Assembly: GCA_002690495.1 (NCBI GenBank)
Contig: NZEV01000035.1
Location: 10,310 to 74,309, forward strand
Length of the DNA stretch: 64,000 bases
Origin: Legionellales bacterium
GTDB taxonomy: Bacteria; Pseudomonadota; Gammaproteobacteria; Comchoanobacterales; Comchoanobacteraceae
Direction: 5' to 3'
The notes under the pieces are model-generated. The model did not search any database and was not told the DNA's origin. It saw only the letters and a program-made list of their open reading frames with translations. The position numbers were made by a program, and so were the translations under genes. This document shows positions 1 through 11,009 of this stretch, one piece after another. Positions within the stretch are counted from its first letter, which is position 1. Every line of letters begins with the position of its first letter.

Positions 1-1
1 G

Positions 2-436
2 ACAGCAGAGTTATTTCGTCAAACCACACTTTTAGGTGCTTATGCTGCGGGTGCACATCAAAAACATCAACAATATGCTGAACAGTTTGGTAAACAAATT
101 GGTATTGCATTTCAACTTCAAGATGACCTACTTGACTATGTCGGCAGTGAAACAGGCAAATCAAAAGGACAAGACTGGTCGGAAAATAAAGTGACTTATC
201 CTCTGATCATGGCCTATGCACAAGCACCTGAGATCATTGAAATGTACTTTAAAGAAAAGCGTCCATTTGAAGACATTGAGCCTATCATTCAATCTACAAG
301 GGCATTCCAAAAAACACAGTCTAAGATCATTGAATATACCCAATCAGCCTCGGAAGCACTTAATCATTTACCTGATCATCCAATCAAGGTACACTTAAAT
401 GAACTGATCAATTGGATGCAATATCGTGAATTCTAA
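2..436 (+). CDS. polyprenyl diphosphate synthase family protein, C-terminal fragment (5' end outside window)
   Basis: Frame 2 is open from the window edge to TAA at 434-436. The translation has the second Asp-rich motif of trans-prenyl synthases (FQLQDDLLDY) followed by GK.KGQD....KVTYP. Chain-length class (FPP, GGPP or long-chain) cannot be decided from this fragment. Confidence 0.8.
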   Translation, partial: TAELFRQTTLLGAYAAGAHQKHQQYAEQFGKQIGIAFQLQDDLLDYVGSETGKSKGQDWSENKVTYPLIMAYAQAPEIIEMYFKEKRPFEDIEPIIQSTRAFQKTQSKIIEYTQSASEALNHLPDHPIKVHLNELINWMQYREF

Positions 437-1508
437 ACCACTCATCATTATCGGCACCGGCGCGGCAGGCACTATGTTAGCCTCAACATGGAGAAGATTA
501 GATCCAACAAGAACACTCATTATGTTGACTCAAAATAACGGTGATTACTACCATAAGCCAATGCTATCAACAATTTTTTCAAAAGAAAAAACCTTAGATG
601 ATTTAGTCACCAAGACTGCACAAGACTTGAGTGAAGAATTAAATGCAAAGGTGTATACCAAAACGTCTGTTGTAGCTATTGATACAGAATTAAAACAAAT
701 TAAAACGAATACGGATTGCTTTGAGTATGGGGATTGTGTATTAGCGATTGGCAGTGAAACAAGAACAATCCCTCATGAATGCGAAAGTCATTTTCAGATC
801 AATGATTTAGATGATTATCGTAAGTTATGGCCGTCTTTGGAAAAAGTAGACTCTGTTCAAATCGTTGGTGCTGGATTAATCGGGTGTGAGCTAACTCATG
901 ATCTCGCCTATCATGGTAAAAAAATCACACTGATTTCTAATACTCCCTATCCCTTAGCAGAATTCGCTCCAGAAGCAATCGGAATCGCTCTAAAAAAACA
1001 CTTTATAGATAGAGGTATTCAATATCAATATGATCCCAATCCTAAAATTGACCCAAATCAGCTTACAGTGTTTACAGTAGGTCTAAAACACAACACTCAA
1101 TTGTTTCCACAATTTGACCAATCAGAACAAGGCTTTAAAACCAATCGATTCGGACAAACTAATATCGATCATGTTTATGCAATTGGAGATTGCGCACAAA
1201 TGTCAGGCATAAACCTTCGTTATATTGGACCCATTCGAGCAACTGCAGCTGCAATGTCAAACACACTATGTCAGCAACCGACACCCATTCATTTCGATGC
1301 AATGCCAGTCGCAGTAAAAACACATGATTATCCTATTGTCGTCTGTAAACATCCCACAATATCTGGAAAATGGCAACTAGAAAAAAATGACGCTCAAGGT
1401 ATTATTTACAGTCAAATGAGTGAAGAGAATCAAAAAATCGGCTACGCACTGACCAGCCAATACTGCGAACTCAGAACAAAAATGACACTACCACCCTGGG
1501 TTGCATAA
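426..1508 (+). CDS. FAD/NAD(P)-dependent pyridine nucleotide-disulfide oxidoreductase (rubredoxin/ferredoxin reductase-like)
   Basis: GTG start overlaps the upstream stop by 11 nt. Motifs present: N-terminal dinucleotide fold IIIGTGAAGT, second Rossmann motif VQIVGAGLIGCELTHDL, and YAIGDCAQ. Confidence 0.7.
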   Translation: MNSKPLIIIGTGAAGTMLASTWRRLDPTRTLIMLTQNNGDYYHKPMLSTIFSKEKTLDDLVTKTAQDLSEELNAKVYTKTSVVAIDTELKQIKTNTDCFEYGDCVLAIGSETRTIPHECESHFQINDLDDYRKLWPSLEKVDSVQIVGAGLIGCELTHDLAYHGKKITLISNTPYPLAEFAPEAIGIALKKHFIDRGIQYQYDPNPKIDPNQLTVFTVGLKHNTQLFPQFDQSEQGFKTNRFGQTNIDHVYAIGDCAQMSGINLRYIGPIRATAAAMSNTLCQQPTPIHFDAMPVAVKTHDYPIVVCKHPTISGKWQLEKNDAQGIIYSQMSEENQKIGYALTSQYCELRTKMTLPPWVA

Positions 1509-1581
1509 AATAATTATTTGACAAAATGATTTTTAAGGTCTAAATCTTATTATGAATTGTGAATTTCATGGAGGAGATATA

Positions 1582-1851
1582 ATGAATTCTAAATTAAGAG
1601 AACGACTACCTAATAATGAGTTTGAAACTCAAATGCTACACTTAGAGAATATGGTCGAAGCAATGGGTAGAGGTAAATTATCATTCGGTCAGGCATTAGA
1701 TGCTTATGAAAAAGCTAAAGCCTTAGAAAAGACTTGTAAAAAGTTAATTGCTGAAGCAACTGATAAAATTAACCATATTAACAAAAGTGTCAACATGGAA
1801 GGCTATTTCAAAATTCCAGGTTGGAACAGAAATGAAAAAATGAAGTTTTAA
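1582..1851 (+). CDS. xseB: exodeoxyribonuclease VII small subunit
   Basis: Small helical product. FETQMLHLENMVEAMGRGKLSFGQALDAYEKAKALEKTCKKLIAEA fits the XseB pattern. Start placed at ATG 1582 behind GGAGGAG (1570-1577) rather than the track ATG at 1552. Confidence 0.65.
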   Translation: MNSKLRERLPNNEFETQMLHLENMVEAMGRGKLSFGQALDAYEKAKALEKTCKKLIAEATDKINHINKSVNMEGYFKIPGWNRNEKMKF

Positions 1852-1891
1852 GTTGATTCAAGGAATACTCCTTTTGTTTTAAACAACGAAT

Positions 1892-1900
1892 TGATATAAT
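1892..1900 (+). promoter_or_regulatory. candidate extended -10 promoter element (TGaTATAAT) for uvrA
   Basis: TGATATAAT lies about 28 nt upstream of the uvrA TTG start. No good -35 is present. AT-rich background makes chance matches common. Confidence 0.3.
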
Positions 1901-1927
1901 CGAATCATTATAACATGGTGATCTGAT

Positions 1928-4729
1928 TTGATTAAAATTCGTGGGGCTAAAACTCACAACTTAAAAGACATTGATCTTGATATACCGAGAAACCAATTTG
2001 TTGTGATTACCGGTTTATCAGGGTCAGGGAAATCTTCTCTTGCATTTGATACCCTTTACGCAGAAGGCCAACGACGCTACGTCGAGTCCCTCTCTGCTTA
2101 TGCTCGTCAGTTCCTTTCCATGATGGAAAAACCTGATGTTGAATTAATTGAAGGGTTATCTCCTGCAATTGCGATTGAACAGAAAGTCACTTCTCATAAT
2201 CCACGTTCTACCGTGGGCACAATCACAGAAATTTATGATTATCTAAGATTATTATTTGCAAGAGTCGGTCAAGCTTATTGTCCTGAACATCATAAGCCAT
2301 TATCCTCGCAGACTATTTCTCAAATCGTTGATAGTATCTTACAACTACCTGAAGATACAAAAATTAATATCCTAGCCCCAGCAATACGAGATCGTAAAGG
2401 GGAACATACAAAAACTTTACAACAGTGGCAAAAAACAGGTTTTGTACGTGCAAGAGTCAATGGTAAAACTGTGCTACTGTCAGATCCACTTTCCTTAGAT
2501 CCAAAACAAACACATCAAATTGATATTGTCGTAGATCGTCTCAAAGTGAGAAAAGAGCATCAACAACGTCTTTCTCAATCAGTTGAGACTGCGGCTGAAT
2601 TTGGTCAAGGACTGGTCATCATTGCCATGGATGACCAACCAGATCAATTATTTTCAACTGAGCGTGCATGTCCTGATTGTGGCTTTAGTATTGATCGTTT
2701 AGAGCCAAAACAATTTTCATTTAACAGTCCAGCAGGAGCTTGTAAAGCGTGTGATGGATTAGGGATGGAGAATCATTTTGATCCTGAGCGATTGATTATT
2801 GATCCATCTTTATCGTTAGATGAAGGTGTGATCATTGGTTGGGATAAACGTTATTACTTACAAATATTACAATCGCTAGCTCATCATGAAGACTTCAGTA
2901 TGCATACCCCATGGCAACGACTCTCCGAGTCTAATCAACAAAAGATATTATATGGCACAAAGTATGCAATTGAGCTTAGATATGATAGTTTAAACGGTCG
3001 CTCAATTTATAAAAGAAAAAAATTTGAGGGTGTAATACCAACATTAGAGCGTCGATATCGTGAAACAGACTCATCAGACATTCGCACAAATCTATCACGG
3101 TTAATGAGTGAACAAGCTTGTAGTGCTTGTAACGGGACTCGTTTGAACACTGTATCAAGTCATGTATTAGTTGGTGGATTGAGTTTACACCAAATGGTGA
3201 GCTGTTCGATCGATGAGCTTTTTGAACACCTATCACATCTTAAGTTGAATGAATTAGATCAACAAGTTGCTGTATCGATTTTGACTGAGATCAAATCACG
3301 TGTGAGTTTTCTTCAGGCCGTTGGATTAAATTATCTTAGTTTATCTCGCAAAGCAGACTCATTATCTGGAGGAGAGTCACAGAGAATTCGGTTAGCAAGC
3401 CAAATTGGGTCTGGTCTGGTTGGTGTCATGTACGTGCTGGATGAACCCTCAATCGGGTTGCATCAACGAGATAATGACCGATTACTTAGTACATTGATTA
3501 GACTAAGAGATTTAGGTAACACCGTTCTTGTGGTTGAACACGATGAAGATGCCATTATTAAATCTGACCATATTATTGATATTGGCCCAGGTGCAGGTGT
3601 CCATGGCGGACAAGTGGTTGCTACAGGCACATATCAAGATATTATGAATTCAAAAGATTCAGTGACTGGTCAATATTTATCAAAAAAACGTGTGATCTCT
3701 AACCCCTCAAAACGTCGATCTCCAAAACCTGATCGATTTATTCGTATTTTAGGTGCATGTGAGAATAACCTCAAACAGGTTGACGTTGAAATTCCAATTG
3801 GTGTGCTCACTGCAATCACTGGTGTTTCAGGCTCTGGAAAATCTACTTTAATTAATGGCACCTTGTATCCATTATGTGCTCAAAAACTAAATCGTACTCA
3901 TTCACAAAAACCTGGAGAATATGACAATATTGAAGGCTTAGAGTATCTCGATAAAGTCGTCCGAATTGATCAAAGTCCAATTGGTAGAACCCCAAGATCA
4001 AACCCTGCAACCTATACAGGCTTACTAGGTCCAATTCGTGATTTATTCTCAATGACACCAGAAGCGAGAGCAAGAGGATATCGACCAGGTAGGTTTAGTT
4101 TTAATGTTCGCGGTGGACGGTGTGAAGCATGTGAGGGTGATGGTATGATTCGAGTCGCCATGCATTTTTTACCTGATGTCTATGTCACATGTGACCAATG
4201 TAATGGTCAGCGGTATAACCGTGAAACTTTAGAGATTCAATTTAAAGAGAAAAATATTGCACAAGTCCTAGATATGACAGTTGAAGATGCGCTAATATTT
4301 TTTGAAAATATCCCCTTAATTGCAAGAAAATGCCAGCTTTTAAAGGATGTTGGATTAGGGTATATTCGTCTTGGTCAAAGTGCTACTACGTTATCCGGGG
4401 GTGAGGCCCAGCGAATTAAATTATCGAAAGAATTATCCAAACGCTCTACTGGCCAAACGATCTATATTCTGGACGAACCGACCACTGGACTTCATTTTCA
4501 TGACATTCAACAATTACTAAATATTCTTCATCGACTCACCGATCAGGGCAACACGATTGTCATTATTGAACATAACCTTGATGTCATCAAAACTGCAGAT
4601 TGGATTATTGATCTTGGACCTGAGGGAGGACATGGAGGAGGACAAATTATTGCTTGTGGTACACCTGAAACAGTTGCACAGTCTGAAGGTTCCTTCACAG
4701 GTCAGTATCTTAAAAAATACCTATCATGA
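1928..4729 (+). CDS. uvrA: excinuclease ABC subunit A
   Basis: 933 aa with a TTG start. N-terminus [61 protein letters not shown]. Two ABC modules are present (GLSGSGKS and GVSGSGKS Walker A, two LSGGE signatures), plus Cys-rich zinc modules (CPDCGFS...[16 protein letters not shown]...CDQCNG). Confidence 0.97.
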   Translation: MIKIRGAKTHNLKDIDLDIPRNQFVVITGLSGSGKSSLAFDTLYAEGQRRYVESLSAYARQFLSMMEKPDVELIEGLSPAIAIEQKVTSHNPRSTVGTITEIYDYLRLLFARVGQAYCPEHHKPLSSQTISQIVDSILQLPEDTKINILAPAIRDRKGEHTKTLQQWQKTGFVRARVNGKTVLLSDPLSLDPKQTHQIDIVVDRLKVRKEHQQRLSQSVETAAEFGQGLVIIAMDDQPDQLFSTERACPDCGFSIDRLEPKQFSFNSPAGACKACDGLGMENHFDPERLIIDPSLSLDEGVIIGWDKRYYLQILQSLAHHEDFSMHTPWQRLSESNQQKILYGTKYAIELRYDSLNGRSIYKRKKFEGVIPTLERRYRETDSSDIRTNLSRLMSEQACSACNGTRLNTVSSHVLVGGLSLHQMVSCSIDELFEHLSHLKLNELDQQVAVSILTEIKSRVSFLQAVGLNYLSLSRKADSLSGGESQRIRLASQIGSGLVGVMYVLDEPSIGLHQRDNDRLLSTLIRLRDLGNTVLVVEHDEDAIIKSDHIIDIGPGAGVHGGQVVATGTYQDIMNSKDSVTGQYLSKKRVISNPSKRRSPKPDRFIRILGACENNLKQVDVEIPIGVLTAITGVSGSGKSTLINGTLYPLCAQKLNRTHSQKPGEYDNIEGLEYLDKVVRIDQSPIGRTPRSNPATYTGLLGPIRDLFSMTPEARARGYRPGRFSFNVRGGRCEACEGDGMIRVAMHFLPDVYVTCDQCNGQRYNRETLEIQFKEKNIAQVLDMTVEDALIFFENIPLIARKCQLLKDVGLGYIRLGQSATTLSGGEAQRIKLSKELSKRSTGQTIYILDEPTTGLHFHDIQQLLNILHRLTDQGNTIVIIEHNLDVIKTADWIIDLGPEGGHGGGQIIACGTPETVAQSEGSFTGQYLKKYLS

Positions 4730-5854
4730 TATCGAATCAATTGTCTTAGACATCTTTTCTAATACTGCTTTAGTTTTCTCAGGGGCATGTGCACGAAATG
4801 TTAACAATGCCTGTGTTAAGTGCTCTAATGAAGGATCAAATTGAATCATTTGCTCTGCAGATTGCACAGCCAGATCAAACTGCTGTAAACGATGAGCAAC
4901 TCTATTCATTTCTTTTGAAATAATGGCTTCTTTTGGATATTTCCCATGCCAATATTTCAACTGTTTCAATAGCTCGTCATCTTTGATCGTGGGGATACTC
5001 ATGTATATCTTGACATACTCTTGATCAAACGAGTAATACAGCTTTCTCTCAATCATTTTTTTGGCAGCTTGATTATTTTGTGATGCAAGATACATCTGAC
5101 AGAGTAAGTCTTGATAGCGCTCATCACTGACTTGTTCTCTTGTTAATTGTCGATAGACCTTATTGAAATGCTCTGGCTCATTCACCAAACCAGCAAGAGT
5201 GTGGAATGTCGCATGATCAATATAATCATCATAAACAGAACGAGTCATATATTTTTTAGATGATTGTAAATGTTCGTAAAGTGTATCCCATTCTTTGAGC
5301 TTAGCATACACTTCTGCTAATGAATCATTTAACCATAGATGAGTTGAATCAATGACCATCGCGGATTTCAATTCATCGAGGGCACGTGAGTGTTGATTTT
5401 GATGCATAAAATAAAGGGCAGCAATCCACCTTAATGTCAGCTCATCTCGTGGATGACTGACAATGGCTTGACTGAGTAGTTGGTGATCAAATGTTTTTTG
5501 TGCACATCGAGTTAACATCACACAAATCACCTCTAATGGGGACTGTTTTGAATCTAGTTTCCACTGAAGGGATCTCAGACGTCCTGAAGCAATACTCGAT
5601 AGCTGGTAATCCAATTTTGTTACAATTTTTTTGAAACGATTGAGCCGATGACGCGAAGAGAATGTTTTAGGTAACCAAATCAGCCATAAAAGTAATCTGA
5701 TGACGATATAAAAAAGGATCAATGCTAAAAAACCAACCCATAATGAGGTGTTGATGACATAGGGGTTGACTTCGATCATTAATATACCAGGATGATAATA
5801 AAGCCATCCAGATATGAATGCGAGCGGAATGATGACTAAAAACATCCTAAGCAT
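4724..5854 (-). CDS. hemY: HemY-like inner-membrane TPR protein
   Basis: N-terminal double-TM segment typical of the HemY N-domain ([19 protein letters not shown]...[25 protein letters not shown]), then helical TPR-like repeats. It is the last gene of a hemD-hemX-hemY string, and its start overlaps the hemX stop by 1 nt. Confidence 0.7.
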   Translation of the reverse strand: MLRMFLVIIPLAFISGWLYYHPGILMIEVNPYVINTSLWVGFLALILFYIVIRLLLWLIWLPKTFSSRHRLNRFKKIVTKLDYQLSSIASGRLRSLQWKLDSKQSPLEVICVMLTRCAQKTFDHQLLSQAIVSHPRDELTLRWIAALYFMHQNQHSRALDELKSAMVIDSTHLWLNDSLAEVYAKLKEWDTLYEHLQSSKKYMTRSVYDDYIDHATFHTLAGLVNEPEHFNKVYRQLTREQVSDERYQDLLCQMYLASQNNQAAKKMIERKLYYSFDQEYVKIYMSIPTIKDDELLKQLKYWHGKYPKEAIISKEMNRVAHRLQQFDLAVQSAEQMIQFDPSLEHLTQALLTFRAHAPEKTKAVLEKMSKTIDSIS

Positions 5855-6816
5855 TAGATATACACCATTTCTTGACGTTTAGCGGTATGGTTTTCCTGAC
5901 TAGATTGATCAGGCTTTGAATCCTTATCCTGAGACGTACTGCTTGGTTGTGAGGGTTGACTACTGACCGGTTCCTTATCCTTTGTTTCTTTAGGACTAGG
6001 TTTCTGAGACTGCACTTCAAAAGATTGTGTATGGTCATAGTTTTTTAAGACTTGGACTTGTTCTTCCAATGTTTTGATATCGACTACCGCTAATGGTTGG
6101 TTTAACTCTCCGAGCATCTTACTGGTGTTAGGATGACTTGCATATCCAGAATCATACAATCTTTTCAGTAGCATGTAATAATGTTCGTCATTGCCATTCA
6201 TCAAATCATACTTTAACTGTTCTAATATCCCATAAAAAACACGGTTTGATAGCGTATACCCCTGCTCTGTCTGATCAGAAGTCACTTTATCTACCTGAAT
6301 CCACTCACTTAATTGATTCAACCATCGTCCACCTTTTAGTTTCTTAGAATGAACAGGTTTCTTATGAGCACTTGTTTTTAACTCAATCGATTCAATCAGT
6401 GATAATCGATTAAATATACTCGTTTGTCTGGTTTTAGCTTGTCCAATTGCTAATTCTAAAGTTTTGACAAGATCACCACTTTTGGGGAACAAAGAGGGCG
6501 TTTGGTCAATCTGAAAGATGGCAATTAATGACTGGTTCATTCCAAGTTGAAGGTCACGATTATCGCGAAACGCGGCAACCACTAGATCTAATCGATCAAT
6601 TAAATTAGATCGGTTATCAAAAGAAAGTAATTTCACAACTTGTTTAGTGTCACTGAGTTTTGAAACCTTCATGGTCTGTATTTCAGCCTTCAAACCTTGT
6701 ACTTCTCGCTCAAGCGATTGCTTACTAGAGAGAATGATCACATATGTGATGGTAATCACGACTAAGCACAATATACTAGGCAACAATAAATATAACTTCT
6801 TAATTTTACCAGTCAA
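5854..6816 (-). CDS. hemX: HemX-like membrane protein (annotated in other genomes as putative uroporphyrinogen-III C-methyltransferase)
   Basis: Single N-terminal TM, then a coiled-coil segment (LEREVQGLKAEIQTMK). It sits between hemD and hemY and overlaps hemD by 11 nt. The C-terminal tail is low-complexity and S/Q/P/K-rich. Confidence 0.6.
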   Translation of the reverse strand: MTGKIKKLYLLLPSILCLVVITITYVIILSSKQSLEREVQGLKAEIQTMKVSKLSDTKQVVKLLSFDNRSNLIDRLDLVVAAFRDNRDLQLGMNQSLIAIFQIDQTPSLFPKSGDLVKTLELAIGQAKTRQTSIFNRLSLIESIELKTSAHKKPVHSKKLKGGRWLNQLSEWIQVDKVTSDQTEQGYTLSNRVFYGILEQLKYDLMNGNDEHYYMLLKRLYDSGYASHPNTSKMLGELNQPLAVVDIKTLEEQVQVLKNYDHTQSFEVQSQKPSPKETKDKEPVSSQPSQPSSTSQDKDSKPDQSSQENHTAKRQEMVYI

Positions 6817-7510
6817 TTCGATGTAACTCCTCTATCATCGTATCCTCACCAGGTTGATCAAGGGGATGGAAACCACCTTTAAAACCAAGTCGTTGAACCT
6901 GATTTTGATTCACACTTGACGACAGTATACCATAGTTTTTTAGGCATGTAATCTGAAACTTATCAATGTAGTAATCCTTGAACATGCTAAGTAATTCAAA
7001 GCTAGTTGCCCAAATCACGCCATTTTGAGGGACATCATACGTTGGTGTGATATTCGGTGGTATCAAACCATACACTGTTTTAATGACAACACGCGCACCT
7101 CTATCAGACAGTTTTTTTTCTAATCTATCCTGATGATGTTGACCACAATAAATAACAATTCGTTGGTCCAGTGGTGCCTTTAAATCTGGTAATTCTAGTA
7201 GACCTTGACTAGATTGCTGTTGTGGAGTAATTGCTGTATAGCCATACTTTTTCGTCGCAACTGCACCTGTTTTTTGTCCCACCGCAATTAACTTTTTAGT
7301 GTTCAAATGTTCAGGACCGAACATCACACCAGGCTGAGAAATAAAAATAGCAATATCACTTTCCATATCATCAAATTGGCACGATGTGAGCGACGCAGCT
7401 GGTAGATCTAAAGGATAAAACCCATTTTGTTTTAACTTATTTAATACAGAACCTTGTAAAATATGAGGTCTTATCACAATGACTGCTTTCATATCCCCTA
7501 TTCTATTCAA
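6806..7510 (-). CDS. hemD: uroporphyrinogen-III synthase
   Basis: About 230 aa, two-lobed HEM4-like pattern (KAVIVIRP...LNKLKQNGFYPLDLPA; LIAVGQKTGAVATKKYGY; RIVIYCGQ). It lies immediately upstream of hemX-hemY. The true start may be the internal Met (MKAVIV). Confidence 0.65.
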   Translation of the reverse strand: MNRIGDMKAVIVIRPHILQGSVLNKLKQNGFYPLDLPAASLTSCQFDDMESDIAIFISQPGVMFGPEHLNTKKLIAVGQKTGAVATKKYGYTAITPQQQSSQGLLELPDLKAPLDQRIVIYCGQHHQDRLEKKLSDRGARVVIKTVYGLIPPNITPTYDVPQNGVIWATSFELLSMFKDYYIDKFQITCLKNYGILSSSVNQNQVQRLGFKGGFHPLDQPGEDTMIEELHRIDW

Positions 7511-7587
7511 AATAAAATGGGATTACTACGCAATCTCACCAGATAAATCAACTATATTGGCCTATAATGAAAATAACAGGGTTTTCT

Positions 7588-8613
7588 ATGAAAAAAGTAC
7601 TATTAACAGGTGGAAACGGGTTTATTGCAAAACATATTTTAGTTGACTTAGTGAATGCAGGCTACTCGGTCAATGTCACGTTAAGAGACCCTTCTGTTGT
7701 TGATATCTTAAAACAAAACCTTAAATCGCATATTAAAACATTTGATCAAGTTCAGTTTTTTGAAGCTGATCTAGAACTTGACCAAGGCTGGTCTGAAGCA
7801 ATTAAGGGTTGTGAGGGCATTATTCATACCGCCTCACCGACGCCCATGTCTTCAGGTAATGACATTGAATCTTACCTATTAGCATCTAAGGACGGGACAC
7901 TCAGAATATTGAAGCTTGCACTCGAACAAAAGGTATCAAGAATAGTCATTACCTCATCAATCGCCGCACTCATTTATCAAGATAATAGAGAATCTGTGCA
8001 TACTTTCAATGAAGAGTCTAGAAGTGACCCTACGATGAGTAACATTGGTCTGTATGGTCAATCCAAAACAATCACAGACAATGCAGTATGGAGCTTCGCA
8101 AAAGAAAATAAAATGACCGGAGCAATCACTTGCATCTATCCTGGCTTGGTTTTGGGACCTTGTTTGGATGCACGTCTAAATATTTCTACATTATATCTTA
8201 ATCAATTATTAAATGGTGCTTTTCCACTTGCCCCAAACTTTTCATGGCCAATTGTTGATGTTAGAGATGTCAGCAAGATACATCTGATGGCTGTTCATAA
8301 ACCACGATTTGGTGGTGAAAAAGTGATTCTTGGAGAAGGGTCTTACTCATTGCTAGATATCAGTGATATCATTAAAGATAAGTTTCCTCAATTTAAAGAT
8401 CGACTACCTAAGGGAGAACTACCCGAATTTTTATCTAAGTTATTAGGTTATATCGACCCAAAAATTAAAAATGTTTTAGGTGACCTTGGTGTCCAACTGG
8501 AAGCAAACAATAAACTATCTAAATCGATAGTTGGTGACATAGAACTGATTGACCCTGAAGAAAGCATCATTGATACAGTGAACTCTTTAATCAAAATGAA
8601 ACTTGTCAATTAA
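7588..8613 (+). CDS. NAD(P)-dependent epimerase/dehydratase family SDR (aldehyde/flavonol reductase-like)
   Basis: Rossmann motif VLLTGGNGFIAKHILVDL at the N-terminus and the YGQSK catalytic YxxxK. Start moved to ATG 7588, because the track ATG 7567 overlaps a TATAAT hexamer (7563-7568). Confidence 0.75.
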   Translation: MKKVLLTGGNGFIAKHILVDLVNAGYSVNVTLRDPSVVDILKQNLKSHIKTFDQVQFFEADLELDQGWSEAIKGCEGIIHTASPTPMSSGNDIESYLLASKDGTLRILKLALEQKVSRIVITSSIAALIYQDNRESVHTFNEESRSDPTMSNIGLYGQSKTITDNAVWSFAKENKMTGAITCIYPGLVLGPCLDARLNISTLYLNQLLNGAFPLAPNFSWPIVDVRDVSKIHLMAVHKPRFGGEKVILGEGSYSLLDISDIIKDKFPQFKDRLPKGELPEFLSKLLGYIDPKIKNVLGDLGVQLEANNKLSKSIVGDIELIDPEESIIDTVNSLIKMKLVN

Positions 8614-10211
8614 GTCTCTGAATAATTTGGACCATCACCACCTTGTGGGGTTTTCCATTCAATATTTTGAGACATGTCTTTGATATCGCATGTTTTACAA
8701 TGGATACAATTTTGAGCATTAATTTGAAATCTTGGCTTTCCTTTTTCAATTACCACTTCGTAGACACCTGCAGGGCAATACCGTGTTTCTGGGGAGGCAA
8801 ATACTTTGTAATTATATGCAATTGCTTTTTTGGGATCTTTTAACACTAAATGAGCAGGCTGATTTTCTTGATGATATGTCGCTGTCAGTCGAACCGAAGT
8901 CAGTAAATCAAAGGAGTAAACGCCATCATGCTTTGGATACTTAATTGGTTGAAACTGATCTGCCTTTTTAGTTGCAAGATGATCAACATGGTGCCTCATT
9001 GTCCAAGGTGCATAACCAAAAGTTATTGTTTCAAATGCAGCATTCAATAGGCCGCCCCAAAGCCCGTATTTAAATCCAGGTCGAATATTTCTTACTCTTT
9101 TTAATTCCTGGCCAATAGCACTATTTCTAATCGCCTGATCATACCCTTTTAATTTTTTATTAGGATATTTTGCTATTAAATCCGCAGCGATCATACCACT
9201 TTTCATTGCATTGTGAATACCTTTGATTTTTGGGGTATTAACCATTCCACCAGCACACCCGACAATGAGTCCACCAGGCAATTCAAGCTGAGGTAAAGAC
9301 TGCCACCCTCCCTCTGTCAAAGCTCTTGCACCATATGCAATACGTTGACCTTTTTTCAGTAAGTGTTTGCATAATGGGTGTAATTTAAATTGTTGAAAAA
9401 TCTCATAAGGGTTCAAATAAGGGTTTTCATAATCCAGACCGATGACATAACCGATGGATACTTTTTGTGCACCATATTGGTATACAAATGATCCACCATA
9501 AGTTTTAGGGTCCAATGGCCAGCCAATTGAGTGCCATACTGCTCCAGGACGATGTTGCTTTTTAGGAATATCCCAAACCTCTTTTAAACCAATCGCATAG
9601 GTTTGAGGTTGTGCATGTTGATCTAATTTAAATGTTTGTATTAGAGATTTAGTCAATGATCCTCTTGCACCTTCTGCTAAAACAGTTGTCTTAGCATAGA
9701 GTGCCATTCCGGGTTGATAATTTTCGCCAGGCTCTCCGAGGGCATTTAATCCCATATCTCCGGTCATGACCCCTTTTAACTGACGCTTTTCGATAATGGG
9801 GCGATCTGCACTAAAACCTGGGAAGATCTGTACCCCCAATGATTCTGCATGAGTAGCTAAATATCGAGCAAATTGAGATAAACTAATGATATAATTACCA
9901 TCATTTCGCATTTGAGGTGGTGTCGGCAATCGAGTCTTGCCTTTTTCAGTGAAATAATAAAATAAATCTTGGGTCACAGGTTCCATCAATGGCTTTTGAT
10001 CATCTTGTTGCCATTGAGGAAGCAAGTCATTTAATGCACCTATCTCAAGCACTGCCCCAGAAACTAAATGTCCACCTATTTGGGCTGATTTTTCGATGAC
10101 ACAGACTTCTAAATTAGGCTGTAGTTGTTTCAACCGAATGGCTGTTGATAAACCCGCAGGTCCAGCTCCGATAATTAAAACATCAAAATGTATGGATTCC
10201 CTTTCTCCCAT
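8610..10211 (-). CDS. electron-transfer flavoprotein:ubiquinone oxidoreductase (ETF-QO)
   Basis: 533 aa. FAD fold DVLIIGAGPAGLSTAIRL, C-terminal 4Fe-4S ferredoxin-like motif (CPAGVY...CIHCKTCDIKD), and terminal PQGGDGPNY. It is divergent from etfBA. Confidence 0.92.
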   Translation of the reverse strand: MGERESIHFDVLIIGAGPAGLSTAIRLKQLQPNLEVCVIEKSAQIGGHLVSGAVLEIGALNDLLPQWQQDDQKPLMEPVTQDLFYYFTEKGKTRLPTPPQMRNDGNYIISLSQFARYLATHAESLGVQIFPGFSADRPIIEKRQLKGVMTGDMGLNALGEPGENYQPGMALYAKTTVLAEGARGSLTKSLIQTFKLDQHAQPQTYAIGLKEVWDIPKKQHRPGAVWHSIGWPLDPKTYGGSFVYQYGAQKVSIGYVIGLDYENPYLNPYEIFQQFKLHPLCKHLLKKGQRIAYGARALTEGGWQSLPQLELPGGLIVGCAGGMVNTPKIKGIHNAMKSGMIAADLIAKYPNKKLKGYDQAIRNSAIGQELKRVRNIRPGFKYGLWGGLLNAAFETITFGYAPWTMRHHVDHLATKKADQFQPIKYPKHDGVYSFDLLTSVRLTATYHQENQPAHLVLKDPKKAIAYNYKVFASPETRYCPAGVYEVVIEKGKPRFQINAQNCIHCKTCDIKDMSQNIEWKTPQGGDGPNYSET

Positions 10212-10271
10212 ATGATTATTATATCACATATTTTAAGACCTCATGCTATAATGGTGATATTGGGGGAAATC

Positions 10272-11009
10272 ATGAAAGTTCTTGTACCTGTCAAACACGT
10301 TATTGACTACAATGTGCAAATTCAAATTAAAGACGGCAAAGTGGTCAAAGACCATGTCAAACATGCAATGAATCCTTTTGATGAAATCGCTGTTGAAGCA
10401 GCAATACAATTAAAAGAGCAACAACATGTTGATGAAATTCACTGTATTAGTATTGGCTCAACAGACAGTACAGCCACTTTAAGACACGGATTAGCACTGG
10501 GTGCTGATACAGCAACTTTGATTGAAACAACGACAACATTAGCACCCCTACATATTGCTCAGGTTTTGAAAACCTACATCGAATTAAACCCAGTTGATTT
10601 AGTCATTATGGGTAAACAAGCTATTGATGATGATTCCAACCAAACACCCCAAATGCTTGCAGCCTTACTCAATTGGCCACAGGCCACGTTTGCCTCAAAC
10701 ATCAAAGTAAGCAAAAAGTGCTATGAAATCACCCGTGAAGTAGATGGTGGTTTAGAAACACTCCAAGTTCAACCACCTGCTATTATTTCAACTGATTTAA
10801 GACTCAACGAGCCAAGATTTGCAACACTACCGAATATTATGAAAGCAAAATCAAAGCCTTTTAAATCCATACCCATCGCAGATCTTAAATTAACTCTTGA
10901 CCCTTACTATCAAGATCAAGGTGATGAACATCCACCTCAAAAAAAGGCAGGTAAAGCATTAAAATCTATTGATGCGCTTGCTCAAGCCATTCAGGATTCA
11001 CTCTCATGA
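10272..11009 (+). CDS. etfB: electron transfer flavoprotein beta subunit
   Basis: MKVLVPVKHVIDYNV...NPFDEIAVEAA...LVIMGKQAIDDDSNQTPQMLAALL is typical of EtfB. Start taken at ATG 10272 behind GGGGGA; the track start at 10188 would overlap ETF-QO. Confidence 0.9.
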   Translation: MKVLVPVKHVIDYNVQIQIKDGKVVKDHVKHAMNPFDEIAVEAAIQLKEQQHVDEIHCISIGSTDSTATLRHGLALGADTATLIETTTTLAPLHIAQVLKTYIELNPVDLVIMGKQAIDDDSNQTPQMLAALLNWPQATFASNIKVSKKCYEITREVDGGLETLQVQPPAIISTDLRLNEPRFATLPNIMKAKSKPFKSIPIADLKLTLDPYYQDQGDEHPPQKKAGKALKSIDALAQAIQDSLS